A stretch of 63,598 nt of DNA, the filler included, from Octopus bimaculoides (taxonomy: Eukaryota): NCBI RefSeq assembly GCF_001194135.2. It is 5 parts of 4 records of this genome, joined end to end, with 100 filler letters (N's around TTAATTAATTAA, not from the genome) between each part and the next. Parts side by side here need not be neighbours in the genome. Positions count along the whole stretch, not along the records: positions 1 to 29,406 come from NC_069000.1; 4 more parts are not named here. One strand, given 5' to 3'. Numbering within the stretch: the stretch's first letter is position 1; each line of letters begins with the position of its first letter. The translations under genes were made by a program, and so were the position numbers. Below the pieces are notes generated by a model that was not told where the DNA came from, made no database searches, and saw only the letters and a list, made by a program, of their open reading frames with translations. This document shows positions 1 to 14,227 of this stretch, one piece after another.

Positions 1-230
1 GTGCGGGTGGCACATAAAAGACACCATTTCGAGCGTGGCCGTTTTCGTGCGGGTGACACGTAAAAGCACCCACTACACTCTCTGAGTGGTTGGCGTTAGG
101 AAGGGCATCCAGCTGTAGAAACTCTGCCAAATCAGACTGGAGCCTGGTGTTGCCATCCGGTTTCACCAGTCCTCAGTCAAATCGTCCAACCCATGCTAGC
201 ATGGAAAGCGGACGTTAAACGATGATGATG
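1..230 (+). mobile_element. SINE/LINE-tail family A (ends ...ccaacccatgctagcatggaaagcggacgttaaac(gat)n)
   Basis: Near-identical copies at about 7590-7900(+), 21640-21978(+) and 27555-28045(+). Older copies at 5870-6260(-), 10505-10860(-), 11087-11217(+), 16493-16670(-), 20505-20656(+), 20697-20930(-), 22690-22975(+), 24030-24200(-), 24900-25180(+), 49405-49570(+), 57340-57715(-). Confidence 0.85.
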
Positions 231-721
231 ATATATATATATACTCTACTGGACCTCCTTAGTCATTCAGTGTATATTTATAGAAAGATTCCTACTGTAT
301 TTTTATAATTAATTATCATTAGGAAGTGTATGAGAAAAATTAAAATATTTTGCGTATTGTATAAGTATAACCAATTTGTTGCACATAAATTTTAACAACA
401 AAGCCTGACATAGTCCCCCAAGGGCCATATGGACCCTGGTTGAGAACCACTGCCTAACCTTTCGTTACCTAACATAAAGCTATGTCCTTCTTTGCTGTAG
501 CCCCTCTCACCCAATGAAGGCCTTAGTCTTGTGAGGTACGTGGAAACCTGTTGTGCAGGTGGCAAAAAAAAAAAAAGAAGGCACCTAGTATACACTTTGT
601 AAAATGGTTGGCATTAAGAAGGGCAACCAGCCATGGAAATCATGCCAAAGCCAACACTGGAGCATGACATTTTCTTTCTTTCTTATGTTATTTTTCTCCT
701 ACTTTTTTCTTTCTTTCTTAG

Positions 722-774
722 GTAATAAGAAGTTATATGGTTGTGCTGCAGCTGCATCTGATTCCGACTCAGAG
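722..774 (+). CDS. GPATCH1: GPATCH1 exon (GNKKLYGCAAAASDSDSE)
   Basis: Long pyrimidine tract, cttag acceptor, gag|gttagt donor; matches the GVKIYGCA region of human GPATCH1. Confidence 0.85.
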
Positions 775-2679
775 GTTAGTTGTGAAATTTTTGTTTTCTT
801 TTAATTTAAAAAAAAATATTTATTAAATTAAATTAAAAAAAAGATTTTTTTCTTATAGTAAAAAATCTNNNNNNNNNNNNNNNNNNNNNNNNNNNNNNNN
901 NNNNNNNNNNNNNNNNNNNNNNNNNNNNNNNNNNNNNNNNNNNNNNNNNNNNNNNNNNNNNNNNNNNNNNNNNNNNNNNNNNNNNNNNNNNNNNNNNNNN
1001 NNNNNNNNNNNNNNNNNNNNNNNNNNNNNNNNNNNNNNNNNNNNNNNNNNNNNNNNNNNNNNNNNNNNNNNNNNNNNNNNNNNNNNNNNNNNNNNNNNNN
1101 NNNNNNNNNNNNNNNNNNNNNNNNNNNNNNNNNNNNNNNNNNNNNNNNNNNNNNNNNNNNNNNNNNNNNNNNNNNNNNNNNNNNNNNNNNNNNNNNNNNN
1201 NNNNNNNNNNNNNNNNNNNNNNNNNNNNNNNNNNNNNNNNNNNNNNNNNNATATGTATGTGTGTATGTGTTTGTCCCCGCCAACATCGCTTGATAACCGA
1301 TGATGCTGGTGTGTTTACGTCCCTGTAACTTAGTGGTTCGGCAAGAAGACACCGATAGAATAAGTACTAGGCTTCCAAAGAATAAGTCCTGGGGGTCGAT
1401 GTGCTTGAGTAAAGGCGGTGCTCCAGCATGGCCACAGTCGAAAGACTGAAGCAAGTAAAAAAAAAGAAAAAAAAAGATAAATATATTCATATAGTGTTAT
1501 TTGTACCAGGAAGGAAGGATAAAAGCCACAACCTCCCTTCTTTAGTCATCCATATTTTTTTTTAACCTACCTTAGTATCTTTGCTTGTGTATATTTATAT
1601 ATGCTTATTATTATAGGCATAAGCATGGCTGCGTGTATTTAAGAAGCTTGCTTGCCCAACCATATAGTCTTGAGTTCAGTCCCACTACACAGCATCTTTG
1701 GTAAATGTCTTCTGGGCCAACCAAAGCCCTGTCCGTGTATTTGGTAGATGGAAACTGAAAGAAGTCCATTGTATATATATAGTTATGTGTAACAGTGTGT
1801 GAGCACCTGTACGTGTGTCGTCATCATCATCATCATCATTTAACATCTGTTTTCCATGCTGGCATGGGTTGGACAGTTTGACAGGAGCTAGTCAGCTGAA
1901 GAGCTGTGTGGGCTCCATGTCTGTGAAAAATGATAAATAATGATGATAGTGATGGTGATGGTGGTGGTGATGATAATGATGAAGTAGTAGTAGTAGTGGT
2001 GGTAGTAGCTAAGTATGAATTATTTTGAATGATTTTGTTTCTGAAGCATTTTTCTTTATCTTAAGATTTCAGACGACAACTCCTTACAGCATGTGGAATT
2101 TGCACCAAAGGATATGTGTCGAATATCGTTTCGTGTCAAAGACAATCTCCATGGCCTTGGTTACAGTGGCATCAATATCATGGCAGCCCTTCCTTCTACG
2201 CATGTTTCGCTATTCTCAGAGCCTTCCAAATACAACAACATTACTGGTATCAAGAGAAACAAGAGAGGCATCAAAGGAATCGTAAGTGTTGACTTAGGTA
2301 CAGATTTCATGGCTTAGTTTTATGCCTTATGTGTTAATCGCAGTTCATAAAATATTTGTAATTTATACAGAATATTCATAGTTCAGTTGTTGCTTAGCCT
2401 TGGGTAAGTTCTGATTGATCAAACCAATGAATTAAAGTATTTCAAGCATAATCATCCCATGATCTTGTATAGCAGACACTGTTTTGTCTATGGTCCTATA
2501 ATCTTCCTTTGTTTAAGATAGTAGGATGTGATCTAATGGAGATGTGGCTGTTGTTTCTTGCAGGCTAAGTGACTGTACAGTTCCTTGTAATATTTCAGTT
2601 GCAAAACAGAACCCCAACTATATTATGGAATTCTATATTCCTGAAAATCTTGCTATAACTTGGAAATCTGTAAAAACAG

Positions 2680-2715
<36 letters not shown>

Positions 2716-3127
2716 GTCATTTATAAGGGCAAATAGTAGCGTGTGGGTTAATAAATCACTTTGAATATATAAATTGATAAATTTGAAGGCTGTCTGTGGG
2801 ACTTGAACCCACTTCTCCTGTAAATATAGTAGACGTTCTACCAGTGAACCAAAGCAATCCCTTGAATTTTAGAAGCTTTGTTCTTACAAGTGAGAATTGT
2901 ATGTTGTTTATATCAAGAATTTAGAAACTTTGAGAGAACGTGAAATAATTAATTTATAATGGTGTAATTCAAAGCACACAGAGCTATAAGTAATAACATT
3001 TAAACATTATTTATAGCTTTATGCACTTCATGTTCCACCATTATAAATGAATTATTTCACATTCTTTGGAAGTTTCTGAATTCTTTTGATGTTAGCAATA
3101 TGTGTGTGTGTGTGTGTGTGTGCGTGT

Positions 3128-3164
<37 letters not shown>

Positions 3165-5034
3165 ATTAAATGTATTTATTCTATCCTAATAAATAATAAT
3201 TCTGATAGAATAAATGGGTTAATAGAAACCAAGGTAGCAAAGATCACGAAATAACTGTGGTGTAATTCCTGTTGGTGAGGCAGAAACTCCTTGATATTTT
3301 GGGTATTTGAGTATATTTAAAAATTTAAGGAATGGAGAAAACGCATGTTATAACTGCATACTTTATTCCGACATATGTTTCGAAGAATTACAATTTATGC
3401 GATCCATAGNNNNNNNNNNNNNNNNNNNNNNNNNNNNNNNNNNNNNNNNNNNNNNNNNNNNNNNNNNNNNNNNNNNNNNNNNNNNNNNNNNNNNNNNNNN
3501 NNNNNNNNNNNNNNNNNNNNNNNNNNNNNNNNNNNNNNNNNNNNNNNNNNNNNNNNNNNNNNNNNNNNNNNNNNNNNNNNNNNNNNNNNNNNNNNNNNNN
3601 NNNNNNNNNNNNNNNNNNNNNNNNNNNNNNNNNNNNNNNNNNNNNNNNNNNNNNNNNNNNNNNNNNNNNNNNNNNNNNNNNNNNNNNNNNNNNNNNNNNN
3701 NNNNNNNNNNNNNNNNNNNNNNNNNNNNNNACATGTATACATATATATATACGTATACACACACATGCACATACATACATACATACAAGCATACAAATAC
3801 ATATATATATAAAAAACCCATATGAATTTATATACATATACCTATACAAGCCTACACACACATACACATATATATACACACACACACATATATATATATA
3901 TACACACACAAAACCTAATCACACATATATATACATATGCATTCATACATATATATACACACATATATACATACATACATATACTTATATACTTACACAT
4001 ATACACACGTATACTTACAAACATACATACATACATCTACACATATATATATATATATATATATCATGTTTAATCTTCACAATATCTGAGAATATTGTTT
4101 TCCACCTGTTTGCCCTAGGCGTTTGGAGTAGGTGCTATGGAGGAAGATGATGAAGATATCTATGCAGCTGACAGTTTATCTAAGTATGATCAGTCGATTG
4201 GGTTTGCTGATGAAGAAGATGATCTACATGGATGGACGGCACCAGGTAGAAACAAACCAGGTAAAAGCAGAAACAAAATTAATTCACAGCTTAGAAAATA
4301 CCATATTTGAAGGCATATAAGATGAACTTTTATTTTCCAAACATGTCTCAAAAAAAATCATTCCAGGTCCTATATGCCAAGCTGAGCCTATATGCTTTAA
4401 CCTTTAGCATTCAGATTATTTTCTTAAATGCAATACTTATTTATTCATATTGCTTGAATTAATCATGCACTATCTCATAACTTTGAGATTTTGATGATGG
4501 ATTTTTCTTTTATTCTTTTATTCTTTCACTTGTTTCAGTCAGTTGATTGCGGCCATGCTGGAACACCACCTTGAAAGGATCCAGTAAAACAAATCAACCC
4601 CAGGACTTATCTTTTTTTTTTTAGCCTAGTACTTATAGTATCGGTCTCTTTTGCCGAACTGCTTGGCAACACAAGTTGTCAAGTGGTAATGGGGGAGTCA
4701 AACATGGACACACACACACACACACATACACACAATGGGCTTTTTCCAGTTTCCATCTACCAAATCTGCTCACATGGCTTTAGTTGGCCCAAGGTTATAT
4801 TAGAAGTCACTTACCCAAGGTGCTATGCAGTGAACAATCTTTTCTTAGTGGTCAGACCATATGGGGTCTACATCTAGCATATTGGATGTCCACTTAGTGG
4901 TCATCCCCCTTATATGTATGTAATATAATTTTTCTGAATCTTCAGATTTTTTCAATATGCTAGGCCACTTGTTTAAATTGATATAAATTAAATTAATATT
5001 CAATTTTTTACCCTTATTATTTAAATTTATAATT

Positions 5035-5071
<37 letters not shown>

Positions 5072-8000
5072 TTACTCTTTTACTCTTTTCAGTCATTTGA
5101 CTGTGGCCATATGACTGACATAAGTAAGAAGAGAAAAGAAAAGACAAGAGATAATTATTTCTTGTATTTTCTATTGATTATTGACTATTTACAACATTTT
5201 TTATTGATTCTCTTTTTCAGGGCCTGCTCCTCCAATGAATTATGTTGGTAAGATATTGGAAGGTTTCATTCTGTCATCAAAACCTTTAACTCTGAAAGTT
5301 GCTTATCCACCACCACAAATCCCTAAGGGCTACCGGCCATATCATACATTTGAAAAGCTACCTTTAGATATTCAACAATCATCTGAAACACTGAAACCTC
5401 AAAACAGCATACTGAATGCTCTCAGTCGCAGTATCATCATTGGAGAGACAAAAACTACAGGTCAGTCGATTAACTGAAGCTTTGATGGATTTTTGCTTTG
5501 TCGTGATTGTCTTAACCCTTTAGCATTTAACCGGCCATATCCGACCCAAATATGCCTCTTCTTTTAAGTTCAAACTGACCAGGTCTAGCCACTCACACCT
5601 ACCCTACAATGTCATCCTAAAATTAAACAATAAATTCATCAAAATCTCAAAGCTATGAGACAATACATGACTAATTCAAAACAGTAAGGATAAATAGGCT
5701 CAACATTTGGCAGAGTAATTTGAATACTAAAGGGTAGAATGAAGCATGAGTAGAAAATGAGATCTTAATTTAGCAATTATTTCATGGTTTTTAGCCATTT
5801 GACTGTGGTCATATTGGGGCATAACATTATATTGATCTTAATGCCTTTCTTATTGACTGGTACATATTCTTATCACCATCACCATCATTATCATTATCAT
5901 CATTCAATGTCTGTTGTCTATGCTGGCGTCAGGTTGGACGGTTTGACCAGGGCTGGCAAACTGGAAGACTGGACTAGACTCCAGTCTGATTTGGCATGGG
6001 TTCTACAAATGGATGCCCTACCTAGCGCCAACCACTCCAAGAGTGTAATGAGTGCTTTTATGTGCTACCAGCATGGATGCCATTTGTGTGACACCAATAT
6101 CCTGCCACAACTGCGATTTTACTTGGCTTGATGGGTCTTCTTCTCAAGCATGGCATAATGCCAAAGGTCTCGGTCATTCATCATTGCGTCTGTGAGGCCT
6201 GGCACTCAAAAAGTGCTTTTCACATGCCACCTTGCCTTCGTGAGGCCCAGCGCTTGACTCAAAAGGATGAAAAGCAAAGTGAACTTGGGTAAGATTTGAA
6301 ATAAATAATTTTTATCTACCAAATTCATGCACAAGGCGTAGTTGGTCTGAGGTTATAGTGGAAAGTTCTTGCTCAAGGTGCTATGCAGTGGGACTGAACC
6401 CAAAACTATATAGTTCAAAGTGAGCTTCTTAACTACACAGCCACACCTGAGCCTATGATTAATTTTTTTGTAATATCTTAATTAAAATATATTTAATCTA
6501 TTACATTTTGATGAAAATTATGTTTAATCCAATTAGTTATTTTATGTTTGTTTCTTTTCTACTTTCAGGAAGTGTTTTTGATCTAATCAGTAAAAGTAGC
6601 TTAAAGAACTTACCAAAATTTGACAGCAGTAAAATATCGGAGAGTAGTGATGAGAAAACTAAATGTTCTAATGATAATAATAATAATGATTATAATAACC
6701 AAAGCGAGTCAGACACACAAACACCATCCAGTAGTCACAGAGAAGAAACAGAGAAAACTGAAAAGGATTCCACTATTGCTGCTGAAAGTTCATCTCAGAC
6801 CAATCAAGCTTTAGGAATGAAACCATTTAAGATCCAGTCATTTCAGCCATTGCAAACATCCTCTGCACTACAATCAGATTTCCAACCATTCTTGCAAGAC
6901 CCTTCAAAACAAGAACGATACAACAAGTACTTACTGTTGTTGAAACATGGTAAAGTTGGTAAGTTGGTTAGTCATATGCTTAGTAAAAAGAAATTTGATA
7001 AAAGAGTCATTAGAAATATAAATCTCAAATTTTATTTTTTATTTCGTCTACTGATTACTACTTTATCTAACGTCTTATATAACTTCTTTATTATTACTAG
7101 ATCCATACAGCCTTGTCTGTGACTCTACCATGACAGAATGGGAGCAGGAAATTGAGAAAGAAGAATTCTCGGAAGCAGCAAAACTATTCAAACCTCTAGC
7201 TGCTGCTATGGCATCTCGGTTCACCAAAGCCAAGTTCCATGATGATGCAGATTCTGTAGAACTTCCTGAAGATGTCACTGTAAGTTTTATCTTTTCTCAC
7301 AAACGCTTAGGCCCTGATGATTTACCAAGTCAGGAATACCAGAATTACATTCCAAAGACTCTTTTAAGTTTAATTATAAGTCTTTGTTACTTTTTTCCTC
7401 ACTTTTTTCTGTTTGTTCTTTTATTGCTTGTTTAGGGGTGTAGCCAGCCCACTTATGCGTACCTTTCCTTCATTGGACACTAAACTCTGCTTGCGAAGAC
7501 TTTTTGAGGCAAGTCAAATCGAAATCGAACTAAATTTGACGACTGGCACCCATGCCAACATCGTCTCCTTCACTGGACACGAAACTCAGCTTGCGAAGAC
7601 TTATTGGGGCAAGTGAAAGCAAAATCGGGATGGCACCTGTGCCCAGCGTCGCCTTTCTGGCACTTGTGCCCGTGATATGTGTAAGGATTTTCGAGCGAGA
7701 TCGTTGCCAGTGCCCCTGGACTGGCTCTTGTGCGGGTGGCACATAAAAGCACTCACTACACTCTCTGAGTGGTTGGTGTTAGGAAGGGCATCCAGCTGTA
7801 GAAACTCTGCCAAATCAGATTGGAGCCTGGTGTAGCCATCTGGTTTCACCAGTCCTCAGTCAAATCGTCCAACCCATGATGATGATGATGATGATGATGA
7901 TTCAACTCTGTATCAATCCAAATTTTGATGTATTTACTTTGTGTTTAACCATTGGGGTAATGAGGACCATCTTAACTATCCTGGGGCTGGCATTGAGCTT

Positions 8001-8352
8001 TGTAGGTATACTGGGGACTGATCAGACTGAGCCATGGCTGGAAGATTCTTTGGCAGTGTGATAGGGAAAGGTGAGGGGAGTTGGGGAGTTGATGACACTT
8101 GCTTTTCTGGCTTACCTGCATTGCTCAGCTGCAGCAATCCTGTTGGTTTTGCAGGTTTGCATGCCCTTTACAGACAGCTGATCACCACTAACCTTTGCCC
8201 TGAATTATCTGCCTCCATGTGCCATGACTGATGCTGAAGACCTTGAGAAAGGCTTTTAACCCTTTAGCATTTAAACTCGGTCTGGGAATTCAACCCATGA
8301 TCTTGCAATTGTGAGTGCATCACCCTAACCACTAAGCCATGTACCTTCACAA

Positions 8353-8388
<36 letters not shown>

Positions 8389-11300
8389 GGTGCTCCAGTA
8401 TGATCACAGCTTTAAAGCTGAAACATTATAAAATAATATATACACAAACACACACACACACACGTATNNNNNNNNNNNNNNNNNNNNNNNNNNNNNNNNN
8501 NNNNNNNNNNNNNNNNNNNNNNNNNNNNNNNNNNNNNNNNNNNNNNNNNNNNNNNNNNNNNNNNNNNNNNNNNNNNNNNNNNNNNNNNNNNNNNNNNNNN
8601 NNNNNNNNNNNNNNNNNNNNNNNNNNNNNNNNNNNNATATATATATATATATATAAGCATGTGACATTGTTTAATTTGTGCTACTTTTTTTAAGACAGTA
8701 GAGTTTGATTAGAAGAGGATTTGGTTGCTATATATAGCATCTTGTAAGTGGTGTTGTTTTGCTCCAGGTTAGCCATGACCATCCCATCTTTTTTTCCAAG
8801 CAGACTGAACCCAAGGCTTCATTATCTATGTCTTTCATTATTACGGCAGATTGTGATTTGAGGGGGATATAGCTGCTACTTCTTGCAGGTTGAGTAATAT
8901 TTGGTGGTCCCTTGTTGACACTGTGCACGTTATGAGTTTATGTAAAGCTGTGTTTATGCCCTGACAGATCAACCATGTTTTTTTCTGGTTTTAATTATTG
9001 CAGGCCAAAAAGAAAGATTTGTCAAATGCAGCAGAAATGAAACTGTATGGAAAATTAACACGGGAAATATTTGATTGGCACCCTGACAAATTGTTGTGTC
9101 GACGGTTCAATGTTCCTGACCCCCACCCAGGGTATGTGACCTACCTTTGTTCTCAATGTATAACTTGTTGTATGGCCCGAAGGCAATTCTGATCAAGCAG
9201 ACCTATAGCATACAGTTAGTTGGTTGAACGAATTAAGTGTGACCCACAACTCTTATTTTTCTCCAGTTATGCCTAGCCTCTACCTAGCTTAAGACTACAC
9301 TGCACTCTCCAATATGCACTGATGAGTCATATGGAGTGGACTGTTACAATGTGGACATACTGCTCTCTCCCCAGTGTCCAGTGTATTTCTGTATACCCAC
9401 AAATTCTCATTGTTTTCATGAAGTAGATTCAACTTGAATTGCTGTTCCTCTATCCTCCTTGACACAATGTTTTGGGTCAGTGAGGCTATTGACTTGTAAC
9501 TAGTATTTCAGTGTTGAATGCAGGGACAGCACTGCTATCTCACAACACACTTTCTTGCTGTAAAGATCCTCTATTTATTATGATGCTTTGTGCTTTCCTT
9601 CATCATCATCATCGTCATAAATTATGATGGTATTACTCTGTTGTTGCCACTATCTTCATTATACATTTATTCAGCAGAATTATGGTTTGACTATTTGAGC
9701 CTGTAACACTGGTTTACCGGTGGATGGCTTATTTTTCTCTATACCATAGCACCACTCTATACTATAGCACCAGTGGGGTGCCAGGTATGTGGTAAAATAA
9801 GGTTCAGGAGGTCAGGGCTCAAAGGGTTAAGCACCCCATATAAACCCACATAACTTCTTTGTATGTTTGGAATTTTTGGAAAATTTTAGGGCGATTTAAT
9901 TGTCATTTTTAGCACAACTCCTGGTCATCTGATACCTTTCTTGTTTCATTTCACTCTCACATGTATTGATGTTTTCCAATATTTTTCTCCCCGTAAACAC
10001 ATTTAATGGAATGATGATGCACCCAAGTGTGGTCCATTGCTAGGATTTAAGCAAAAAATTTGGACGCTCCATATTTTAAACACTGATTTAAAAAAAAAAT
10101 TCGATGAGTGAAATTTTTTGGATTTATGTTTTCAAGTAAAACAATTTTCTCGCATGGCTGGACACGCTTACACAGAAGTTTGGTATATTTTAGGTCTGGT
10201 ATTATTGGTGTACCAAGATCAAGACATGACAAATATTCCATTTTTGATTTTCTTGCACCACCGCCGGTAACAGAAGAGAAAAACAAATGTCAGCAAGGTA
10301 CTGTAATGTGGTCTTTTTTATTTGTATTAAGTCCAACTTTGATTTTATTTATTGTTGTCATTTTTGCTTGCAGTGTTGAGTTTAGTTTGATGTTAGTACT
10401 CTACCTGGAAAGAGGTAGAATTTATTTCAATTTCAAAAATGATAAACAAAAGTTGTAGAAGAAGAATAGAACTAGAAAAAAAAAGCCATGAAACTGCTGC
10501 TGCTTACTAACTACATCATCATCATCATTTAACGTCCATTTTCTATGCTGGCATGGGTTAGGCAGTTTGATTGGAAGTGGTAAGCCGGAGAGCTGCACCA
10601 GGTACCAGTCTGTTTTGGCTTGGTTTCTACAGCTGGATGCCCTTCCTAATGCCACCACTTCATAAAGTATACTGGGTGCCTTTAATGTGTCACTGGTATG
10701 GGTGCCTTTAATGTATCACCAGCATGGGTGCCTTTAACATATCACTGGCACAGGTGCCTTCTATGTGTCACCAGCACCAGCCATGACTATGATTTCACTT
10801 AGTTTGACATGTCTTCTCAAGCACAGTGAATTACTAACAGTTTCAACATCTGAAGATCATATTTCACCATCTCATCCCACATCTTCCTGGGTCTCTCCCT
10901 TCCACAGAGAAAAATATTTTTCATTTTTATTCAAATAACATTGGAAAAGAATAAAATAAATGGGGCAGGAGGTGGTGGGGATGAACAAATTAATGACAAC
11001 CCAATATGGTTAAATTGGTTGAAACAAAGTTCTATCATGGCTAAGGTGCATGAAATACTTGTTAGTCATATATATATATATATATGGCATTAGGAAGGGC
11101 ATCCAGCTGTAGAAACTCTGCCAGATCAGATTGGAGTCTGGTTCACCAGTCCTCAGTCAAATTGTCCAACCCATGCTAGCATGGAAAGCGGACATTAAAC
11201 GATGATGATGATGATGATATAAATATATATATATATATTCCTGCTAAGCCAATTTAGCCTCTTTTATGAGTGTATATGTATGTGTGTGTGCGTGTGTACT

Positions 11301-11741
11301 CTTGTTTAGATATATGATGTTTGTAAATGAGCATCGTTATCATGCATGTCAAGATCATATGTCCCCTTTGAAGCTTTTTTCTTTCTTTTTTTTTCTACTT
11401 CATTATTTGGGGATTTGTTTTTTCTTCTTGAATCCTCTGTATTTTTGCTTTCAATGCTGATCCATCATTATCAGCTGATCCTCTGAAGAGCAGTGACAAC
11501 GCGGCAAAGAATACCAGTGATAAAACAACAACCCCTGCACCTGAAAAACCTTCCATTTTCAGTCACCTAATGGCTGAGAAGCCAGCCTCTACACCTTCCA
11601 GCTCTGATAGTCCCGACAAAGAACCAGTGATAACATCAACTCCTCAACCAGTAAGTAAAAAAATTAGTATTCCACCCTTTCAGTCGGGGACTGAATTTGA
11701 TCTGAAATTTAAGTCTTTATGCTTACTTTAGAAATCATTAC

Positions 11742-11804
<63 letters not shown>

Positions 11805-14195
11805 GAAGGTACCAAGCTGGCAGAATTGTTAGCATGCTTGACAAAATGCTTAGTGATATTTTGCCTGTTGCTACATTCTGAGTTCAAATTCTGTTGCGGT
11901 CGACTTTACCTTTCATCATTTCAGGGTCAATAAAATAAGTACCAGACAGTACTTTGTGCAATATGTGTGCAGTTCCAAGTAATGCCGATTTTTGCAATAC
12001 ACCTAGATTGTAGGTTATTTCTTAAGTTTCCTGATGTTTTTCTAGGTTGGGTGGTATTGAACCCAATGTTCCGATGACAATAGGGACAACCTTTATGCTT
12101 GACTCTCGTAGCTGCCACATCTTAGCGATCTCAATTCTCAGGTCTCCGTATTCATCAATCTTTTCTCTTTCTTTCATGATAATATGTTGATCTCCTGGTG
12201 CTGCCTCATCAGTTATTAGGCACTCTTGTTTTGTCCCTCCTAAAGCTTACTAACACCTTGTCTGTCTGGAAGTCAAAGTCCCAGAGGATTTTTCCCTCCC
12301 CCTTTTTGTCCATTACCTTTTCTGATGTATGTTTCATAGATTTTCAACCTGGTTGAAAATCTCTCAACCAGGTTTCTATCTTTATCCTTATTCCATCTTT
12401 GTTACGAGGTCAATTTTGTCTTTAATCATTTAAAGGGCAGAGAATTTTGGTGGTTTACAAATGAACTTGAATTGTGTTCAGAGTTGAAGGAAAATTTCTT
12501 TGCAGTGAATTATATTGTATTTTGATTTATGAATTTACACATAATATGGCTTATGTTGACTTGTGAAGTGAAGCTGATGTGGGACACAAATATTTTAAAC
12601 TGCCCCAATAAATACTTTTGTTTTATTGGATTTGTTATTTATAGAAGCCTTCTGGTTTCTTTCATTTCAGACTGTAGAAGAGGGAGAGAGGCCACCTATG
12701 GATCTCTTTAAAGCTATATTTGCTGACTCATCCTCAGATAGTGAAGAAGAGGAAGAAGAAGAGAAGCCTGAGAGAAAGACAGAAGAGCACAAAGAGGAAG
12801 AAAAGAAGAAAAAGGAAGGAGTGAATGAAAATGAAAAAAATAGGGCAAAAGAAACAGAGTCCAAAGAGAAAGAATTGAAGCCAACATTACCACCAGGTAA
12901 ATCAGTCTGTATTAAATGTGAATATCAAATTTGCATTTATGTATCTGAGTTTTGTGTGTATATATATATATATATATACTCACGCACACATATCTTTTAT
13001 TAGTCATTAGACTGTGGCCATGCTGGGGTACCACATTGAAGAATTTTTAGTTGAATGAGTTGAACTCAGTACTTAATATTTTGCTAAGCCTGGTACTTAT
13101 TCCATCGGTCTGTTTTGCCAAACTGCTAAGTTATAGGTATGTAAGCCTGCCAACACCAGTTGTCAAGCAGTGGTGGGGACAAACAAACATAAAAACACAA
13201 ACGCACCAAGTTCCAATGTCTGTTTTAGGTAAGACATGTACTTTGTAACCATGGGACCTCAGCTTCAGTCAGACTACATGGTACNNNNNNNNNNNNNNNN
13301 NNNNNNNNNNNNNNNNNNNNNNNNNNNNNNNNNNNNNNNNNNNNNNNNNNNNNNNNNNNNNNNNNNNNNNNNNNNNNNNNNNNNNNNNNNNNNNNNNNNN
13401 NNNNNNNNNNNNNNNNNNNNNNNNNNNNNNNNNNNNNNNNNNNNNNNNNNNNNNNNNNNNNNNNNNNNNNNNNNNNNNNNNNNNNNNNNNNNNNNNNNNN
13501 NNNNNNNNNNNNNNNNNNNNNNNNNNNNNNNNNNNNNNNNNNNNNNNNNNNNNNNNNNNNNNNNNNNNNNNNNNNNNNNNNNNNNNNNNNNNNNNNNNNN
13601 NNNNNNNNNNNNNNNNNNNNNNNNNNNNNNNNNNNNNNNNNNNNNNNNNNNNNNNNNNNNNNNNNNNNNNNNNNNNNNNNNNNNNNNNNNNNNNNNNNNN
13701 NNNNNNNNNNNNNNNNNNNNNNNNNNNNNNNNNNNNNNNNNNNNNNNNNNNNNNNNNNNNNNNNNNNNNNNNNNNNNNNNNNNNNNNNNNNNNNNNNNNN
13801 NNNNNNNNNNNNNNNNNNNNNNNNNNNNNNNNNNNNNNNNNNNNNNNNNNNNNNNNNNNNNNNNNNNNNNNNNNNNNNNNNNNNNNNNNNNNNNNNNNNN
13901 NNNNNNNNNNNNNNNNNNNNNNNNNNNNNNNCTCTCACTCTTTCAATTTGTCCTCCGTGTTCTTTTGTAGAAGAAATCAGTTGTAGTCAGGTCTGAATCT
14001 GGACAGAGTTGGGCTTTTCTCAGGCCTACAAATGTCCAAGACAAACCGTATATCATGGCAGTGCCCTTATGACTCCATCAAGGAATTGAGAGCCCAAAGC
14101 AAGTCAACCTTAGTGGAATTTGAACACAAAACAAAGACATGAGATGCTGCTAAGCATGTCGCCCGGTGTGCTAACGATTTTGCCAGCTTGCCACC

Positions 14196-14227
<32 letters not shown>

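Noticed and set aside
2787-2861. tRNA-like sequence on - with A/B-box-like motifs
   Set aside because: Cloverleaf stems do not pair well; most likely a decayed tRNA-derived SINE head.
7530-7849. Recurring ORFs such as [23 protein letters not shown] and [14 protein letters not shown]
   Set aside because: Antisense translations of SINE family A; they recur at every copy.
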